Below, one piece after another: positions 52,728-64,000 of a DNA stretch of 64,000 nucleotides. Source of the stretch: Octopus sinensis (taxonomy: Eukaryota); NCBI RefSeq assembly GCF_006345805.1, contig NC_042999.1, positions 127,348,001 through 127,412,000 of the forward strand, given 5' to 3'. The notes under the pieces are model-generated. The model was not told where the DNA came from. It was given only the letters and a program-made list of their open reading frames with translations, and made no database searches. Within the stretch, counting starts at the first letter, position 1. The number at the start of each line of letters is the position of its first letter. The position numbers were made by a program, and so were the translations under genes.

Positions 52728-54660
52728 GTTGGTCTGTAAGAAGAGACTCTGCCAATCACATTCACAGACATTCCAAGATAAGTGAAGCTGATGCAGTTCA
52801 TGTTTTCCTTCATCAATTCTAAGACAGCAACTAGAAAAAATAAAAAATACGAGACATGAAGAGAATTTTCAAGGGATAATATTCAAGGAAAGGAGAGATC
52901 GGACATAGTGGTAAGTGCAAGGCCTAGGGAGAGAGGTAGAAGCAATATGAATGACAAAATTGGAGGTGAATGAGCTGGGTAGGTTTAAATAAATTTAGCA
53001 CAAAATCAGTCTGCTCCAAGGAGTAGAGACCTCTTCTGTAGTAGAGGAATAAGTCAGTATGTCTATGAATCAAAGACTGGAATGTGTTGTTGAGTAACTC
53101 CATGCCAATCAGTTGGATTAGGTTTCAAGTCAATCATGATAGAACAGACATATTAAGGGCATCCAAGCTGAGACCAAATTACAGGGATGTAAATGCACCA
53201 ACACCAGTTAGTAGACAAACACAAACACAAAGAGACACACTCACAAATACACACACACACACACACACACACTCATAATGGGCTTCTTTCAGCTTCTATC
53301 AACCAAATTCACTCACAAGTCTTTGGTTGGCCTGAGGCTGTGGTAGTAGAAGACACTTGCCCAAGGTGCCACACAGTGGGACTGAACCCAGAACCATGTG
53401 ATTGGAAAGCAATCTTCTGTGCCCTATATATATATGTGTGTGTGTGTCCATGATGAGCTTTTTTTTAGTTTTTGTTTGCTAAAATCCACTCACAAGGTTT
53501 TGCCAGCTAAGGCCTATAGTAGAAGACACTTGTCCAAGGTGCCACACAGTGGGACTGAAGCCAGAATCATGTACTTGGGAAGCAAACTCCTTACCACACA
53601 GCTACTATCTTATAAAAAGGCTTTACATTTTAATATGTATACCAGTTCCAAATAATACTAATGTTTCACCTAATTCACAATCAGATTTCTTAATGATACG
53701 GTCATTGTGGAAGATGTTTCTGTAAATTTTCTTAGGTTACTTTTCTCTGTTACAAAACCTTTGCCATACAGAATTATGATATTCAGCTTAATTTAATATT
53801 CTTTCTTAAAATCAATATTTTAGCATTTATTCATCTATTTAAAAAGTGAACCAAACACACTTCTATTAAATTACAATCCATGGATTCATCTTATTGTAAC
53901 AATAATACTGAGAGCTCCTTGCTACTATTGAGATGAATGTTAAGATTTTAAAGGAAATTGACATTTTGTTTTACTTCTATTAACTATTAAATAAGTATTG
54001 TTTTTGTGACTGTTTGTAATTATACATCAACACAAATTGTTCCTGGTTATTTAGAAATATTTTAAACAAATGTTTTGAAATGGAAATTAGCAATAGAAAG
54101 GCTTCAAATATTATAGTTAAAACATTCAGTGCCTCGTTGCAGGAAGTAAAATGAAGTTGCATTCATTGTTAGTTATTCATCAATGAAGTCTTATATGAAA
54201 CCCAATAATCAAATAGAAATGAGTACAGATGCAAACACAGGAAAGTGGACTTGAAAATAATTATGACACTGATGATGGTGAAGATATTAACCATATCAGT
54301 CCCTGTTTTAGAAAAGGTGTACTGTATCCATATGTCTTAAGAGTTAACTAAAAAGGTTGGTAACTAGGAAAAGAATTTATCCTATAAAACAATACTTCAA
54401 ATAACAGCTAACAAGATTAATTCCTGTTTTGATGTCAACAACACATATGCATGCATAAGGCAGAATGGCATTTCATCCAATTTTATGTTCTGGTTTCAAA
54501 TTCCACCAAGGTCAACTTTGCTTTTCATCCTTTCAGAGTCAATAAAATAAGTACCAGTTAATTACTATGGTTAATGCAATTGATTTAAACCTTCCCCTGA
54601 AATTGCTGGCCTTGTGCCAAAATCTGAAACCAGTATGCATGCATGCATACATACACATAT

Positions 54661-54882
54661 AGATGATGATGATGATAATGATCATAATCATGATAATGGT
54701 GGCGTTGGTGGTTGTGGTGGCGGCAGCAGTGGCGGTGGTGATGGTGGTGGTGGTGACGGCAGTGGTGGCAGTGGCGGCAGTGGTGGCGGTGGCGGCAGCG
54801 GCGGTGGTTGTGGTGGTGGTGGTGGTGGTAATGGTTGATGATGATGATGATGATGATGAGGAGGAGGAGGAGGAGGAGGATA
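54661..54882. repeat. GC-rich compound trinucleotide tract (GAT/GGT/GGC/GAG)
   Basis: Direct inspection. Confidence 0.9.
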
Positions 54883-55214
54883 TGCAATCAGAGAAAAACA
54901 AAAAAAGAGGTTTATTCAAACTGCTTTCAGTAGCTTCTAGAGTGAAGCATTTCATTAGAGCAGAGAAGATAACATCAAATTAATCATTTATTCAATGTTT
55001 TCTTCTCTGACAAAGGGCTTCACTACAGAAACAATTTTGTAAGATAGATGGTTTGAATAAACCTTCATTGTTTTTCTCTGATTATGTAATCATTCTATGG
55101 ATATCACAGCCACTATATCTACTATATAGGATGAACTTCCAAGTGTAATGAATCATATTGAGTTTTAAATAAAGAGTTGTATCTTGTGCTTATATACACA
55201 TCAATACCAAACAA

Positions 55215-55364
55215 TGTGTGTGTGCGTGCACATGTATGTATATATGTAGGTATGTATGTATGTATGTATGTATGTATGTATGTATGCATGCATGTATGTA
55301 TGTATGTATGTATGTATGTATGTATGTATGTATGTATGTATGTATGTATGCATGTATGTATGTA

Positions 55365-55423
<59 letters not shown>

Positions 55424-55458
55424 ATGTATGTATGTGTATGTATGTATGTATGTATGTA

Positions 55459-55517
<59 letters not shown>

Positions 55518-55612
55518 ATGTATGTATGTATGTATGTATGAATGTATGTGTGTGTGTGTGTGTGGATATGTGTGTATCTATGTGTGTAGGTGTGTGTGTG
55601 TGTGTGTGTATG
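55215..55612. repeat. (TATG)n/(TG)n compound microsatellite, about 400 bp
   Basis: Direct inspection. Confidence 0.95.
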
Positions 55613-56329
55613 TACATTTTTTATGTTTACACTGATTAATTGGTGTTATATTTATTTGGTGTTCTTCTGTGGTTTGTAACTTAGAAGTTCAATGACGAAA
55701 TGCCAGACTACAATAAGCAATGGAGCTGGTAGGATTTACTGAAATCCATAAAACCAGTAAAAGACTAAAAGAATAATAGTCTATAAATCTTAGAAATTGT
55801 TTCAAATGCTTAGTGCCATTTTATCCATTCTTACATTCTGATCTCAAATACCACTGAGGTCATCTTTGCCTTTCATCCTTTCAGGATCAATAAAATAGTT
55901 GTGTACTGGGGTCAATGTAATCAACTCAACCCTCTCACAAAATTTCAGGCCTTGTGCCTATATTAGAAAGGATTATTATATAAATCTTTAAAGCAGTGAG
56001 CTGGCAAAATTATTAGCACCCCGGGCAAAATGCTTGGCGGCATTTTGTCCATCCTTATGTTCTAAGTTCAAATGCTGCCAGGTCAACTTTGCCTTTCATC
56101 CTTTTGGGGTCAGTAAAATAAAGTACCAGTTAGGCACTGGAGTTGATATAATCAACAAGCACCTCCTCACAATCTTCAGGCTTTGTACCTATAGTAGAAA
56201 GGATTTATTTTATAAATTTCTAAAATTATTGATATATAGATTAAATGAATTCTTGTTGTGTAGATTGTGAGTTGATAACTTATTTTTGGTTTATACAATC
56301 TCTGGTGCTCTGATAGTAAAGGTATTGAA

Positions 56330-57130
56330 CATTACTTTCCAAACAATGTAACTGTTACACAAATATTTTCTAGGTTATCTTTTCATTCAATATAATTACA
56401 ATGGCAAAGTTCAGTAAGATCAAGAGGAAAAAGCAGTGGTGAAGTATTGTCAAATCAGACATATAAAGAATCCAGGAATGTGTTTTATGGCTGTTGGCTT
56501 TGCTAGAAGACTTATTTATTATAGTAACATTGAACTCCATATCATGTATTCATTATCATACACTGAATGCTTTTCAAATATTTTCCAGTCTATGTATTTT
56601 ATAAGTAATTCTATGGAAATAATTCTATTTACTGTAAAGCAAGACTCGTTGCCAGCTTGCAAAGGCAGCCATAGGAGTAGCTTATTTTGGTAGCATGTTG
56701 CTGTTGTTAACAATAGATCTGATCCAGCCAATGACCTATGATCAAAAGCATTCCACATCGTGATCTTTGTATGTCAGAGACTATATTGTGTAATGCATCT
56801 TTCTTTATTCAAGATGGTAGGGTATGTAGTGAGAGAGACTTAGTTGCTATTTCCAGCAGATTGAAAAACTATGTAGAGGTTCTCTCAGAGGGTCATTGAA
56901 GTTGTTCTTGATGTTGTTGTTTAGACTCTGACTTGACATGGTCAAAACTTTTGCAGCTATGATTATCTTGTCATTTTCTATATCAGAGACCCCATTATCA
57001 TACACTTGTGCTTTATTTAAAATAGCAGGATGCAATTTAAGAGAGATTTGACTGCTATTACTTGCAGATTACATAACTATGTACAGACTCTTCATTTGCT
57101 CTTATTGTGTCATAGAAGTTAGAGGGTATT
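56330..57130 (-). mobile_element. Highly decayed CR1/jockey-like RT
   Basis: Fragments MHPAIL, NAFDHRSL, GWIRSI and IISIELLIKYID occur in RT-motif order. Confidence 0.45.
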
Positions 57131-57299
57131 TGAAATTATCTAATGGTTTGAGAGATACATTAAATTGATTAGTGTTAAGGGTCATTCTCCAGCCAACTCT
57201 GCCTTGATAGACATATGTATAACATCAACTCTGTGGGTAACTTTCCTGAATTCGTACGTAGATTGGGGGTTACTCTATATACCCAGAAGAATTTTGTTA

Positions 57300-60200
57300 G
57301 TGCTTCGTTGTTACTTAATTTGTTCCTAGCTTTTCTTAACACTCTTTTGAATGTGTCCTCAGGTGATAGGGTGGAGTAAAAATATGCTTTAATGCATGCA
57401 TTTTACAGAAGTTCTTGAATTCATACTCAGAGAATTGCATTCCATTATCAGAAACTAACATGTCTGGAACACCGTATCACACAAACAATTCATATAGGAA
57501 CTTTATAGTTGTCTTAGCAGTTGGTTTCTTGCACCTGCATACTTCTGGCCACTTTGTACAGCTGTCTACCACGATTGGATAGTAAGCACTATTCACTGAT
57601 CCGGCATAGTTGATATGTAACCTAGACCATGGATTCTCAGTCTCTGGCCATGATTGATATTTTACCAGCAGGGCTTTAACCACAAGTGCACAACCTCAAC
57701 AAGTTGTTACCAAATTTTCGTTATCCTAGTCCATAGTTAGCCAATGGACATAGCTCCTCATCAGAATTTTCATCCTTGACATTCCTGGGTGTCCACTGTG
57801 GAATTGTTGCAGTGCATGTTTTTGTAATGTAGTCGGTATTACAACTCTTTGCACATACATCAGAATATCATTGCATATTGAGAAACTACTCAAATTTGTA
57901 TTTTTATTCTGCTTATTTTTAAAGCTTCTTTCATTCTTGTAATATACTCATTGCCTACAGATTTCATTCTTATATCCTGTGCAGTCACTGACAGTTCTTG
58001 GATAACACTAGTCATAATACTCTTTATTTCATTTTCTGCTTGCAGTGTGGCTGTCACAGTATCTTCTAGTGGTTCTGTATTTTTGGGAATTGGTCTCGAT
58101 AGACAGTCCACATGGCCAATTTTATTTTTTTTTTATGGAATATACTGCATTTTGAAATTGTAATTTAATAATATTATACCCCAATATTGTAGCTGGTTCA
58201 CTGTATGGGTATCCCTTTCTTTGACCCATAAATTGATAACAATGGTTAATGAACTGTTTGTAACAGAAAACTTCTACCATGTAGAAACCTGTGAAATTTT
58301 TTTACAGCCAAGTAATCAATAGGGCTTCTTTTTCTATCTGACTGTATTTTTTCTCTGCTGCTATCTGCGAGTGCAAAACATGAATCATTGGTTTCAATCT
58401 TTATACTTGTATAGCAAAACTGCTCCTATTCTATACTCTGAAGCATCAGATGCTTCCACAATGTCCATTTCAGAATCAAAATGTGCTAGGGGCAAATCTG
58501 CAATTAGAATTTTTTAAATTTCTTCAAATGTGTTTTGGCATTTAACTGACCAATTCCACTTTACTTCCTTTTTTAATAAGTTGTTCAATGGAACTCTTAA
58601 TTTGTGCTTGTTAGGAATGCAGTTTTGGTAGTAGTTTGCCAGCCCAAGAAACGTTTGTAATGTTGGTATATTTGTCAGAGCAGGCATATTCTTTATTGCA
58701 TCTGCCCTCGATGGGTCAGGCCATCTACCATCTTAATCAATTATTTACCCTAAGTGCCTAATTTAAGGCAAAAAGAATTCGCATTTTTCTTCATTCAAAG
58801 TGAATCCATACTCTTTAATTTTCTTGAACATGACTTTTATATGCTCCACATGCTGTTTGTGTGAATTACTCTGAATCAGTATATTGTCCAAATAAGGGAT
58901 TGCAAATTTACAATCAGATAACATAGCATCCACAATTTTCTGAAATATTGCTGGTGCAACCTTTAATCCAAAAGGTAACTGAGTATGTCCTCATTGTCAG
59001 ATATTTATTGTCAGATACTTTAAGCATTTGTCATTTACTTTAATCCGTAAATAAATGTCAGACAGATCCAATTTGGAGAAAATTTTTTCTTCCATTTAAT
59101 TTTTGTGAAAATGTCCTTTGGAGTTGGAAGGGATGGTAGCATGTCTTTAAGCAGTTGTTCAATCCTGTAGAGAAATTGGCACACAGCCTAATCTTCTTAT
59201 TTTTCTTTTTAATGCACACCGTGGGCACTGCCAGATTAGAGTAATCCATCTTTTTGATGATTCCACTCTTTTCTGGTCTGTCCAACTCTTCATTTATGAT
59301 TTCAATTGTTGTGAATGGTACTTTTCTATTAGATTTAAATACAGGCACAGCATTTTCACTTACTTGAAAACATGCTTCAATCATTTTACATAGACCTACA
59401 TCCTCCAATGGTACTTGAAGAAACATCTTTTCAATTTTCTCTTCAATTCCTCAGATGATTTATTTTAATGGGACAACCATTTATGTTTTTGTAGTAGAGG
59501 CTTATGGGGAGGTGCCATATGTCGAATAACTCCAACCAATCTGTACCAGACAGATTGATTGTAGTCTCCACAATGAATATTTTTGTCTTGCCTGATTCTC
59601 CTCAAAATGAGACGCCTGTACACATTTCACCCATGAAATGTAATTTATTGCTTGTCATGCCACATTCAATTTTCGTTGTTTTAAGTAACTTCGGTTTCCC
59701 AATTTTTCTCCATGTATCTACATTTATGATTGAAATATCACTACCCATATTCAACTGTAGTTTAATATTTATACTATTTATTTTTACATGTACAAATTTT
59801 CATGTTTTTTTGTCACATTCACTTTCTGCTGAAAACGCATTAAGACCCTTTTGCATTCAACCCTCATAATCTTGCCCTGCAGTGTTGGCTCTTGTGACCA
59901 AGTTTTTGACAACTATAGCATTTTCGGTTTTTAAATGGACACTCTTTTCTGAAGTATAGGCATTTGTAACATGGACTGGGGTCTAGCATTCTTTTTCGGT
60001 TGTATTTTCTGGGTTGACACATCTGTATTTTTGCGGAATCTTTCTCTTGAATTTTTTCACATCATGCTTCAGGCTTACCATTGTTTGACATTCTTCTGCA
60101 ATGATCTTTAGAGTTAAGTCTTGGTTCACTTGCTCCATTTTTGAGAGAATAGTTTCTTGGAAACAAATCTCACTCGACTTTTTGGGCAATATAAAGTTAC

Positions 60201-60959
60201 GGTAGCATTCATGTTCAGCTGGAATTATCTTGCATAGTAATAGCCTCACTTTCTCCTCATCTGACCATGGCTTGCAATCTTGGTTAAAAATTTCCTCATA
60301 CCTTCCATAGGGTACAGGAAATGTAATATCCTCCTCCAGATTATAAGTGAATTCAGAAATCAAGTTTGCCACACAATCTGGCATAAATGAATTTACCGAA
60401 TTTTTGGACTTCCTTGGCTGTAACTCAATTAACTGTTGTTGTTGTAATATTTGTTTCTGCAACTCCTGTAGTTGTTTCTGTTGTTTCTCTTGAAGCTGTA
60501 TTACTGCAGCGAATAGGTTCTCTATAATTTAAAAATTTGTATGAGGCACAAATTGTCAAATAACCTATGTAAGCTTCGAAACATCCTCATTGCCAAATGT
60601 TATATCCTTATGCCTCCAATATTGTTGATATTGTTGATGATAGGTAAAGAATACACTGTAACAGTGTTATAACAATACAAAGTAGAAACAGCAGCAGTAA
60701 CAAACATGCAACAAACCAACAATCAATATCTCCAGTATACTAACCCAAACTGTGAACTGTACCTAGACTTTGAAGACCAAACCATGAACTGCTAACTATG
60801 TAAGACTGCTACTATTTATATGTAGTGGCCCCATCTATTCTCATCAGAGGGTGTCATACGCTTACCACAACAATAACTCCTTCACTTTCATCAGCTTTGT
60901 AGCAAAATCTCCATCTTCATAGTTCAGTTGCACCATATGATTTATTACCTTATATAACA
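57300..60959 (-). mobile_element. Decayed Ty3/Gypsy (K02A2.6-like) LTR retrotransposon
   Basis: gag-like 59983-60462, RT 59058-59426 (KIRLCANFSTGLN), RNaseH-like region (ASDASEYRIGAV), integrase 57477-57683 (PWSRLHINYAG...VVDSCTKWPEV); no second LTR recognised. Confidence 0.9.
60598..60959 (-). repeat. 5' LTR of the Gypsy element
   Basis: TGTTATAT...ATATAACA inverted termini; on the minus strand it is followed directly by PBS-like TTTGGCAATGAGGATG (60582-60597). Confidence 0.75.
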
Positions 60960-63369
60960 TGAATACTGCTAATTAACTGTTGACTCTGCCCACTGTCAAG
61001 CCAATGCTATTCACTGCATCTCTATCCTTCTGCCTTGCATCCACCCCATCATCAACCACCTTATCTTCCTTTCCCACCATCTTAACTCTTCCATACACCA
61101 TCCTACAGAACCTCTGTCTTCTCCACAGTGAGCTTGGCACTTCCCCTTAACATCTTACTTAACATCTCTGTTTCTTTATACAGTTGCAATTTGCTTTACA
61201 TTTTAACCCATAGTTCATTAATTCTTAACTTTGCCCAATCTGGCACACTTGCTTGCTTCAGCTATCATTACATACCTGTCACTTCATCTAGGATGTCACC
61301 AATCTAAACGACAAATTCATTCTTCCATGTCACAAACTGATTTGCTTGTACCACCAATAAACACTATTTACTGCTGTAGAAATTGGCTGACACTCAGCAA
61401 TTTATTTTTTGGTGGGGAACAGCTATTAGTCATCTGATGTAATAATTCCAGATCACTCCAACCTGTAGCTCATCACTTTAAATTCTTTAGGCCCCTCCTA
61501 CCTGCATCTCACTGGCTGTGGAGTTGTTTTACATCATAGATCTCCTGACTTTCATGGACAACAATTGATTTTTAAGTTAAACATGGCCTGTCCAGTATGG
61601 GTTAGTAATAATATTGACTTTCTCTAATAACACAGCTTTGCTTCCATACATCATACATTGATAAATCCTTAATATGAATATTTGTTCCCATCTCCACACT
61701 TACACACCTATGCAGGTGCTATCCATCTATTACACATACATACTATTATTTGTTCACACTGCCAGCACAGCAGCACACTATATCACCCTCCTCTACTTTC
61801 CAGAACACACACACACATACCTATACACACTCACAAACATATGCACAGATTTTCATGCATGAACACATAGCCTACTTATCTATCCCCATCCCAACTGTCA
61901 TTTTAGCTGTAAAACACCATTTGACACACTTTTGTTATATCCATTTCTATTTTCCATCCACTCCTTTTGTCCTGTATTTTCTTTTTTAATTTCCCTGATA
62001 AAGGACCACTTTCCAAAACTTTGAATTCCCTGTTTCTTCCTCAGTGTAAATATTTACTTTGTACACTTGCGTATTGTTTGGTTTTTGCTTTTGTTTTTCC
62101 TCAAGACTTTTGTAAATCTATTATGAGTGTGTGTACAAGTAAACTGCACTATTTCAACATATCTTGTAATTAATTTACTATTTATCCTTCATTTCTTCTT
62201 GCTTGTTCTTTGTTGAAACTAAATGTCTCTCTATAGCAAAACATGTTAATTCAGTCTTTGAAATATTTTCTTGTTTTCTTGTTGAGAAAAATGCATTCAA
62301 CTTCCAGTAAATGGGGTTCTGACTGTTGTTCTTATCTAAGTTGACTGTACAGGCTATGAATTCATGGCCCATGTAGTAAGCTACTTGAAACTGTTGATCC
62401 TTCACACAATATCTATTGGTTAACCTGATAAAAACCCTCTCTTACTATAATACAACGTAAATGAGCCATGGCAATTTGTTTAATTTAGCACAATATTTGA
62501 TAAATATTCTGGCTATGGTTATCCTAATTTTGATTTTAAAGGTGACATGGCAACTAAATTGTTCACATTATTGCTGTTGTTGGTGTTGTTGTTGATGATG
62601 AAGATGATGTTAAGTCATAGCTCAGCCTACATTGAGGAAACCTATTATTAAAGGCAATTTCATCTATGACCATCCCTTCTATGCACAAGCCAATGAATGC
62701 ATCTAAAATCAATATACAATTCCTTTTTTAAAGACAGTAAGGTGTAATTTGATGGAAATTTGGCAGCTGTTTCTAGCAGGTCATGTAACAATATAAAGGC
62801 TCACTTCTTTGGTTTAAAATCAATCAGGTTGTGTGTTTATGTGGAAACTGTCTTATATGAGGCACCTGTTTAATTTGTTTTATATATGAATAAAAATATA
62901 TTAAAAAGACAAAACTATGAAGAGATGGATTAAATATTCATAAAGCAAAATCATACATCAGGCATCTTGTAATTATTGTAAAAGCTTTTTCTAATATGTT
63001 TTAATTACTTTTCTAATGAAAAGACATGTCAGATGAGTGAGTTAGTGGATTTGAGACTAGAATCAATGTCGCCAGTATGTTATCTCAGCAGATTTGGTAA
63101 AACCCATACTTTCTGACTCATTGATTTTTGAGATTTTTTTTACATCATTCACTTTTATTTTTAATTCAGTTCTTCCTATTATTTATTCAACCATGGAATT
63201 GTTAATAATTAAGTAGCAGTATAAATATTTTTTTTCTGTTTAATTCAATTCAATGCTGTTCTTATTTACAAGGGTAAGTCAAAAACTATAAGCACTCTTG
63301 TTTCTGTAATTTATTAAAATGAAAGCAGGAGTTGAACAATTATATCATTTGGACGTATTTCTTCTAGCA

Positions 63370-63820
63370 ATCCACAAGCTTGCTTATTCTATGGGAGAAG
63401 GAGGTTTTCAGCTGGTTGTGCAGCCGTTTATGCACAACTTCCTTGTCCATAGCAAATTGACAACAGTGTAAAGGATATTTGAGCAGTCCACAGAGGTGAT
63501 AGTTGAGGGAGATCTGACAACTATTTCTAACAGGTTGAGCTACTACACAGAGGCTACTCATGTTGACTCGATCATGCAATATAATTGGTCAGGATGATCT
63601 CAATAATTTACTGAGAGAAGCTGGTGAATATCCAAAGAGGAAAGTTTTACCTTCAAGAGGACATTGAGGTAATACAGATGATGCACAAAAATTTTTCTTC
63701 AGGGAATGGGCTTGCAAGGACCATGCAAAGTCATCAGAGATGTGGAGGCCAGGGAACATGACTAGTTTAATACCATCCATATTATCATCATGTAGTCAGG
63801 TTTCATCAAATGCCTGGTGT
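63370..63820 (+). mobile_element. Possible Gypsy integrase zinc-finger relic
   Basis: EVIQMMH...GLART and EMWRPGNMTSLIPSILSSC resemble the H..G..K...WWPGM...V..C motif, with frameshifts. Confidence 0.35.
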
Positions 63821-64000
63821 TCACAATAAGCTTCTTGGTTTTTCATTCAAGTAACTTAATTTGAAAGTATGCATTCTTATGGAGTATTTTACAGTGTGTG
63901 TCCTGCTTTTAGAATAGGTACATCCTATGTCAGCATGACTCAGAAGTAAGTAAAGGGATTGGTCACAGAAAGGGCATCTAGTTGTAAAACATAGATAAAC

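Noticed and set aside
62178-62405. 75-aa minus-strand ORF
   Set aside because: No recognisable motif or splice support; length is within chance expectation.

Overview
AT-rich, repeat-saturated eukaryotic genomic DNA. The SINE/LINE families and microsatellite load suggest a cephalopod, probably Octopus (inference from family recognition, no database search). Nearly all long ORFs are transposon-derived or simple-repeat artefacts. TE content: one young 5'-truncated RTE LINE (14705-18338; APE endonuclease plus RT with an embedded C4HC3 PHD-like finger; only two lesions) and many short RTE 3' tails; two CR1/jockey-like LINEs; a cluster of R4/Dong-like RLE retroelement 3' ends sitting in (TAA)n arrays; a decayed Gypsy element with one recognisable LTR and PBS; a mariner relic; two non-autonomous Helitron-like elements; MITEs; and dozens of tRNA-type/CORE SINEs. 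A + strand host gene with very small exons probably runs through the window (candidate exons 1-77, 319-371, 4095-4118, 21765-21799, weaker ones further on); I cannot identify its product. No rRNA, intact tRNA or CRISPR array is supported. Repeat boundaries are approximate.
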